Positions 10,210 through 15,790 of a DNA stretch of 15,790 bases are shown here, one piece after another (positions within the stretch are counted from its first letter, which is position 1; the number at the start of each line of letters is the position of its first letter). The stretch covers positions 1 through 15,790 of the forward strand of contig JADGIF010000178.1 in assembly GCA_018985225.1 (NCBI GenBank). The letters run 5' to 3'. The notes beneath the pieces are model-generated. The model was not told where the DNA came from, ran no database searches, and was given only the letters and a program-made list of their open reading frames with translations. A program made the translations under genes and the position numbers. The DNA comes from Amoeboradix gromovi X-113 (taxonomy: Eukaryota > Fungi > Sanchytriomycota).

Positions 10210-10264
10210 AAACGAGTTAGTCTAGTTTTTATATTTGGTGTCCCAAATCAACGAAAGTTCGGCA
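10194..10264 (+). ncRNA. Candidate omegaRNA 3' scaffold hairpin (10194-10244) plus flank-derived guide (from about 10245)
   Basis: GGA-G-CACC (10194-10201) pairs with GGTG-TCC (10237-10243). TAAAAAC (10207-10213) pairs perfectly with GTTTTTA (10225-10231). The same stems are present in copy 2. The 5' boundary is unknown. Confidence 0.5.
10215..10244 (-). repeat. Right terminal inverted repeat
   Basis: Inverted partner of 9855-9884. Identical (inverted) to 15597-15626. Confidence 0.9.
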
Positions 10265-10507
10265 TACTGTAAAATTGAAAATCCGATGAATATTCCAAGT
10301 GCTTATTTGGAGAGTTGAAACTCACTGTTCAATATTCTTCAAACCAGCTGGACCATTTTCTTGAATAAATCATTTATCGCGAATTTGTATATATTTTTGT
10401 ATCATTTCAAGACTTTTCCAGATTTATCTAATGGCTTAAATACTAGATATTATTCCTTTTCGCAAATGGTAAATCAATTCTAAATAAATAACTAATAGGT
10501 ACGGCAT

Positions 10508-10930
10508 ACAAAGACGTATAATCTGATGTACTTACCCTCGTTCAATACGAGCCAGATGCTAAGTAGCTGGTCGAGCAAGGTCGCAAGAAACATGGCTACA
10601 ATGTCCCATTACGCATTGAAGGAACGCTTGAAGTTCAAGTGTAAAGAAAGAGGAAAGACGCTAGTTGAATGTAATGAAGCATTTACTAGTCAAACATGTA
10701 CAAAGTGTGGTACTCTAAAGAAAACCAATTTAGAAACCTACACCTGTACCAATTGTCATTTGGAGATAGATAGAGACCATATGGCTGCAAGGAACATATA
10801 CATCAAGTATCTGCATCCTTGTTCAATCCCGCCTCAGGGTAGTGAAAGCGTGAGCGGTCACTGTAACGGAGAAACTAGCATTATTTTCTCTGTGGAAATT
10901 CTCGATTTTCTCGGAAATCAGGACTTTTAA
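10508..10930 (+). pseudogene. 5'-truncated Fanzor2-type (IS607 TnpB-derived) nuclease: RuvC-II, zinc finger, RuvC-III
   Basis: TKTYNLMYLPSF...MSHYALKERLKFK...VECNEAFTSQTCTKCG...YTCTNC...IDRDHMAARNIYIK. Pro at the canonical TnpB Glu position (LPSF) and a relocated Glu 47 aa later (NEAFTS) form the rearranged Fanzor active site. RuvC-I and the N-terminal lobe are missing. Confidence 0.88.
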
Positions 10931-10935
10931 CGAGG
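10829..10935 (+). ncRNA. Candidate omegaRNA scaffold overlapping the Fanzor2 3' end
   Basis: The GC-richer tail after the last conserved motif holds three consecutive stems: TAGTGA/TCACTG (10830-10863), ACGGAGAAA/TTTCTCTGT (10866-10893) and GATTTT-CTCG-GAAATC (10904-10919). An element end near CGAGG (10935) is a guess. Confidence 0.45.
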
Positions 10936-11246
10936 AGTTGCTACATCCAGAATAAAAATTGGAAATTTAAAAAATTCTGCCATTGCAAGCACGATTTATT
11001 TTGGGTCCTTAAAGGATGAGATATCAAACATTAAGGCTAGAAAAATATTCACAACAGAAACTAACCTCCAATTGTGATGAAATATAAATCCTGCTGAGTA
11101 TTTCAATAGAGCTGTAGCACGCCCGCTCAATTCTGTAAGCTTATGGAGCAATAAAACCAAATATTCAAGCTCTTAAATGTCTGTTTAACAATCATGAAAG
11201 ACTAAGTTTGCAGAGAAGATGTGATAATAGAAATACTTCACTTAAT

Positions 11247-11299
11247 CTCTAGTGATTAAATAGGACTTCTGCGAAAGTTCGTTAGTCTAGTTTTTAGAG
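11247..11299 (+). repeat. Orphan TIR-core motif embedded in a hairpin (possible decayed right end of a related element)
   Basis: GTTAGTCTAGTTTTTA (11281-11296) is identical to 10216-10231 and lies on the 3' arm of an imperfect hairpin. It lacks the GTGTCCC terminus. Confidence 0.45.
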
Positions 11300-11427
11300 C
11301 GGTTCGACTACCACGCGTTTAACACTTTACACGCAACAATGGCTCCTAAACGGTGGGACTTGATTTTGTGTAGGAGTATTTTCCAAGAAATTAGAGTAAC
11401 CATTTAAGTCGAGTCTATTTATTACTT

Positions 11428-12294
11428 TTACATTCTATTGCCTCCCCATATTCCTTTAAGATAAGCATATTCATCCGTATTACTTGATTTACTATTATCT
11501 TCAAAACAGGTCCAATTGTGATTAGTGTGTCTCACAGATTCTTCAGCATAACAATTCTCACACACATCTACTTGGCATTGGTCACAGTGATACCTAGTTC
11601 CTATTATAGGATCGTTCCCGCAGACCTCACACATGGTAGCATAATGTATTTTGTTGTGATCTAGAAACTCCTCATTCTTCTCATAATCACTAAACATAAC
11701 TGGGGAAGTGCTAACTAACTTACTTGGCCTGCCTCTCTTCTTTTCGGGAATAACTGGGGAATACCGAGCACCCAGTAAAGGTTTGTTCTCTTTTAAAGTT
11801 TTTAAATAAAATTTATTCAGCCTAACCTGGATTTGCTTTGGGGATTTAGAGGGCAATTGTTTGGACAAATTTTTTAATCTTTGTTTATGGTTACCATCTA
11901 TGGGATGCTGCACAAGTAGCTTCTTTTCGAGTAGCTCAATCTCTTCAACTGACCAGTTTATTTTTAGTTTCTGTTTTTGGGGTTTTGATTCTTTATTCTC
12001 TATGTATTTTAACCTGTATCTTTTTACAAGATCTGGGGAGAGATTGGGTAATATTGTATCCATGGAATGTAGAATTGGCATTCTGTGAGGCACGCTTAGT
12101 GATTTGATATTTTGAATGAGAGATTCCAAGGGTAAATTCATTAACTCTTCTTTTTTGGAAGACAGTTGTTCGACAAAGCGAGATGTAACTTCTTTTTGAT
12201 ATCGTATAGATTCCAAGACAGATGCTAAGTAGGTGGATGAATTCTCATTATTTTCCATTGTTTCAAAAATAATCTGAACTGCAATTAACAACAT
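11428..12294 (-). CDS. ZZZ3: ZZ-type zinc finger + SANT/Myb domain protein, ZZZ3-like
   Basis: WSVEEIELLEKKLLVQHP...KSPKQIQVRLNKFYLK...PLLGAR matches the ZZZ3 SANT region. ZZ finger HxxxxCxxC-x-x-x-PIIGTRYHCxxC-x-x-DVCxxC...H-x-x-H and a terminal YAYL motif. An alternative start ATG lies at 12258. Confidence 0.85.
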   Translation of the reverse strand: MLLIAVQIIFETMENNENSSTYLASVLESIRYQKEVTSRFVEQLSSKKEELMNLPLESLIQNIKSLSVPHRMPILHSMDTILPNLSPDLVKRYRLKYIENKESKPQKQKLKINWSVEEIELLEKKLLVQHPIDGNHKQRLKNLSKQLPSKSPKQIQVRLNKFYLKTLKENKPLLGARYSPVIPEKKRGRPSKLVSTSPVMFSDYEKNEEFLDHNKIHYATMCEVCGNDPIIGTRYHCDQCQVDVCENCYAEESVRHTNHNWTCFEDNSKSSNTDEYAYLKGIWGGNRM

Positions 12295-12894
12295 TCTACA
12301 AAACAGTTAAAAAATTTAATTAAAAACCATTTATCTTGAAACAAGTCAAATTGTTGCGCTCTTATCATAGACTTTCTAGTTGAATAAATACTGCACCTCC
12401 TTTTCACCAATTGAATATACCTTTAAAATCGTCTAATCCTGAAATATCAATTTTAACTAAATTACTACTATACTCAAAAGACACTATTCTATAGGGACTA
12501 TCCACTGTCTTTGAATCTAAGCAAATAGGTTCCTGCACCATAGCAAGGTATTCAAGAGTCGTTTGGTATTTCCAACATCTTAATCAAAAAGGTCGTGTTG
12601 TTTGGGAAATTCTCATCCAATTAACTCAAAGAGGCTCTCAAAACACATCTCAGTGCTTTTTTAAGAACTTATTTTGCGCCACAAGTATCTAGATATTGGA
12701 AGCGGAGAGACATGAGAAATTGAGCTGGATCTCTATTAGCAGTAATATTAGGCATGAAATAGAAAAAAATCACATGCTATGGCCTTACTCATCAAATTTT
12801 AATGAGTTTTAAGCACGGTTAAGTAGAAAATAAATTATTTTTTGTAAATATGAAACGCTGTCTTATTTGTGTTTTATTAAATTAATAATTTATA

Positions 12895-14685
12895 ATGCAA
12901 GTTGACAGCCACCGAAGACCTTCAAACGCTTTGTTACTAAGAACACTAAAATTAGCTGAATTTTACAAGAGCTGTGATCCTGAATTTCATTTCAACCCTG
13001 ATAACAACCCGAGGAGACAGTTGACAAAAAATGGCATAGCTGTAAGTAACGATGGCTGTGACAATTCCGAGTTTGAGTTTATTTTGTATGTCAAGGATAT
13101 AATTGGCAATAGAGATAATCAGTATAAAATTGTCGACATTCTTGGAACAGGCACTTTTGGTAAATGTGATTTATTTAGGCCAAGTCGTCAAGTGTATCCA
13201 CCTTTCTACTCAGCGCAAAGTTGCGGTTAAAATAATTAAGAATAAGACTGCCTATTTCAATCAGAGCATCATGGAAATACGGGTTTTAAATGAAATTTAC
13301 AGTTTTCATGCTCGTCAGCAGTCTTATACAAACGGCACTATCTCCTCTTCTCAACAAGAATCTCGTAAGCTTGGAAACGCTGACAAATCTATTTTTCAAA
13401 CTGACATATTTCAATCTCAAAATCAGAAACTAGACTCTTCCGTTAATCAGGACGAATATGAGCTACCATTAATTAAGATGTATGACTCTTTTGTGTACAA
13501 GAAGCATCTCTGTCTAGTATTTGAACTTCTTAGTCTTAATCTTTATGATCTCATCAAGCAAAATGGATTTAAAGGTTTTCCCATTAAGTTGGTGAAACAC
13601 TTTACAGTGCAACTTTTGGACGCATTAGCTATCCTAGGGCAAGCAAAAGTAATTCATTGTGATTTAAAGCCTGAAAACATCCTTCTTTGTTCCCCATCCG
13701 ATACCAAAATTAAAGTAATTGATTTTGGCAGTGCTTGTAAAGAAAATTCTATAATGCATACCTACGTGCAAAGCAGATTTTATAGAGCACCTGAGGTTCT
13801 TTTAGGGCTAGATTACAGCAGCAGCGTTGATATGTGGTCGCTGGGATGTATCGTAGCAGAACTCTTTCTGGGACTCCCCATTTTCCCTGGTACTTCAGAA
13901 TACAACCAGATATCTCGTATACACGATATGTTGGGTAATTTTCCAATTTATATGCTCGAAGTAGGTAAGAAGACTTCAAGTTTCTTCAATAAATCATTTG
14001 GTGTCTTTGTTCTCAAAAGCATTAGCGAATATTCAATGGAAAATAATGTGAATGAGAAGCCTAGCAAGCAATATTTTCAGCAAAAGACATTGGATGCTAT
14101 AATACTTAACTATCCATGTTTTAAACAGATGACTGCTGAAGAAACTCAAATTGAAATGTATAACCGTCACTGTTTGATTGATTTCATATCAAACTTACTA
14201 CAAATGAACCCATTGAAGAGATACTCATCCCAACAGGCTAAGATGCATCCATTTATAACTGGTAAGCCGCTTGTAATGCAAGTCTCACCAAAACCACCTC
14301 ATGAAACGCGAATAAGACGTAATGAAACCGTACATTAAAATTAATTTAGCGCGATTTGATGACGCCCCAGCCTATACCAAGTCATGACAAGGAACTTAAG
14401 AAGTCAAAATCCGAGATGCTGCATAAAAAAGAAGTTTTTAGCATTTTAAAGCGGTTGCCACAAGTAGGGTCAAATATGAGTCTAAATATAGGCAAAACAA
14501 AGAATAGAGAAGAATTAAAGAGCAGCTACAACATTGAAGAGGAAAGTAAAACCAAGAAGAGACCAACCATAAGCACAAATGTAAGTTTTATTTCGCAAGG
14601 TCCGCAATCAGCAGTATTACCTGGGAAATTCGCAAGCAATAGTGCATGGTTGCCAAAAGCTAAGACAAACGATGATAAAAAATAA
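12895..14685 (+). CDS. YAK1: DYRK-family dual-specificity kinase, YAK subfamily, 583 aa; exons 12895-13159, 13179-14329, 14350-14685
   Basis: YAK1-specific N-terminal box NPRRQLTK...NDGCDN...ILYVKDIIG. GTGTFGQV is restored by splicing. Also VAVKIIKNKTAY, HCDLKPEN, DFGSA, TYVQSRFYRAPEV and FPGTSEYNQ. Spliced length is 1752 nt (584 codons). Confidence 0.93.
13160..13178 (+). other. 19-nt spliceosomal intron (phase 1)
   Basis: GTAAATGTGATTTATTTAG. It splits the last Gly codon of the GxGxFG loop; removal gives LGTGTFGQVVKC. Confidence 0.93.
14330..14349 (+). other. 20-nt spliceosomal intron (phase 0)
   Basis: GTACATTAAAATTAATTTAG. It contains the ORF stop; removal gives RRNET-RDLMTPQP, in frame with ORF 14356-14685. 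Confidence 0.8.
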
Positions 14686-15596
14686 AAAGTTGTGCTGATG
14701 AAATTAAACAACTTTCATCTTTTAAGTTGAAAATCCACTATAAATCCAAGCCCATATACTTACGAGGTATCCTATATGTTGCCACCTATACATTAGCAAA
14801 ATAATTTATTGTTGGGAAAAGTATATCCCACCAAGTTTTAATAGTTTTATATGGGTAACCTCAGCATGCCAACAGATATACTTTCTAAATAGTAGTGACT
14901 CACTTTTGGATGAAGCAACCTTCATGAACATAAGTGATAACTGCTAAAATGCAGCAAATAAATTTATTGTTTAAAGGATGGAACCAAATGCCTTGTCCTT
15001 GCTAACCTTTGAGTTTTTCCTACTCTTATACTTGTTCTGTATCCAGCCTCTTACTGTCATTGCTCTCAATCTGTGTGGTGTTGTTTCCGGTTTAATTTTC
15101 AATCTTTTGAGCAACACTCTGGTCTTGCAATTAAGTACTCGACAAAGATGGGTAAAAGAGTACTCGAGGATACAATTCAAGTACAAATTTATATCAGAAG
15201 TAAAGGTCTTCCATATAGATGAGATTAAGCCAATATCATGATAAAAATATAACGGTAGGAAGCGTCAATGAGTACTACAAGATATAATTAATAAATGGTT
15301 TGATTTCAGATTTGGCAATGTACTTCTATCTTCCCACCCGACACTCTGGTATAGAGAGGATTCTTATACACCACATGAAGCCAGTTAACCATTATCGCAG
15401 CCTATAAAGTCTATTGCAGAGAAACGCTAAACAATCACCCATTTCCATTTCGACATGGTATGACTGTTTACCATCACGTTTTGGGATTTTATGTGCTTAT
15501 CAGTACAACATCGATGGCATTTTGAGTGGATTGGATGCATCAGTGTAAAACTGCATGAAAGAACATTGCGATATTGTGGAAAAAATACCAGTAGTT

Positions 15597-15790
15597 GGGA
15601 CACCAAATATAAAAACTAGACTAACTCGTTTTTAAAGGTGCTCCATACGTAGGAATGCTATCATTAATAAAAGATCTTGTATCATACCAGTTTTCTTTCA
15701 TTACTTTCAATCCCCTCTTCAAAATAAAACTAGAAGACCCTGCATCTCGTTCAAATGTATGAGGTCTTTGAGCATCCAAGCAAAAGGTGC
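15597..15790 (-). mobile_element. Right end of a second family-A Fanzor1 TIR element (inverted, truncated by the window)
   Basis: The reverse complement aligns to 10052-10244, with the terminal 40 nt identical. The flank in element orientation begins AACT. Confidence 0.9.
15621..15790 (-). CDS. Fanzor1 C-terminus (partial; intactness unknown)
   Basis: TFCLDAQRPHTFERDAGSSSFILKRGLKVMKENWYDTRSFINDSIPTYGAPLKTS*. The TAG stop (15623-15621) lies inside the TIR. Confidence 0.75.
   Translation of the reverse strand, partial: TFCLDAQRPHTFERDAGSSSFILKRGLKVMKENWYDTRSFINDSIPTYGAPLKTS

Larger units (their letters stand above)
9855..10244 (+). mobile_element. 390-bp non-autonomous TIR DNA transposon (Sola2-like termini) retaining the 3' end of a Fanzor1 gene (family A, copy 1)
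   Basis: 30-bp TIRs (27/30 match) beginning GGG and ending CCC. 4-bp direct repeat AAAT at 9851-9854 and 10245-10248. Internal Fanzor1 ZnF/RuvC-III fragment. Homology to a second copy at 15597-15790 ends within 2 nt of the TIR end. The superfamily is inferred from termini and TSD only. Confidence 0.88.

Noticed and set aside
9851-10248. Assignment to Harbinger/PIF, ISL2EU or Tc1/mariner; CRISPR array or prokaryotic IS200/IS605
   Set aside because: The flanks fit a 4-bp duplication (AAAT/AAAT), not 3-bp TWA or 2-bp AT/TA. There are no regularly spaced direct repeats, and the context is eukaryotic with spliceosomal introns.
11030-11175. INPAEYFNRAV resembling the IS630/Tc1 LNPIE motif
   Set aside because: Preceded by two stop codons and lacking the PxxSP context, so the resemblance is too weak.
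11276-11350. tRNA-like A box (TAGTCTAGTT) and B box (GGTTCGACT)
   Set aside because: No D-loop GG, no T-stem pairing and no acceptor stem. The A-box-like part is explained by the TIR motif.
13103-13178. ORF-track N-terminus MAIEIISIKL... and the tail of ORF 12895-13230 as separate genes or a ribosomal frameshift
   Set aside because: A canonical 19-nt GT-AG intron explains the frame change exactly.
5084-14711. Other short ORFs antisense to called genes (5084, 5373, 5489, 7899, 8900, 9197, 9612, 11861, 13749, 14526)
   Set aside because: Each overlaps a well-supported gene on the opposite strand and lacks independent motifs.
14971-15590. ORFs 14971-15186 (-) and 14978-15241 (+) and broken frames upstream
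   Set aside because: May be decayed coding sequence, but I recognise no family and the frames are interrupted by stops.

Overview
AT-rich, gene-dense eukaryotic DNA read in the standard code. A fungal-type ADAM protease, a YAK1 kinase and a PCL/Pho80-type cyclin suggest an early-diverging fungus (inference only). Host genes: a Cys-rich membrane-anchored protein, a 793-aa low-complexity protein, a 762-aa alpha-helical protein, a divergent cyclin, an ADAM metalloprotease, ZZZ3 and YAK1. Two things stand out. (1) Four ultrashort spliceosomal introns (19, 19, 19 and 20 nt; GTA...A(-6)...TTAG), each joining split reading frames exactly. (2) Four Fanzor (eukaryotic TnpB-family RNA-guided nuclease) remnants, three of them missing from the ORF track. 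These are a complete 390-bp non-autonomous element (9855-10244) with 30-bp GGG...CCC TIRs and a 4-bp AAAT target-site duplication (Sola2-like signature) carrying a Fanzor1 C-terminus, an inverted diverged sibling at the right edge, a related second family at the left edge, and a 5'-truncated Fanzor2. The right ends of both Fanzor1 families fold into a terminal hairpin with a compensatory base-pair change, as expected for an omegaRNA scaffold built from the TIR. All calls come from manual reading; no searches or folding programs were run.
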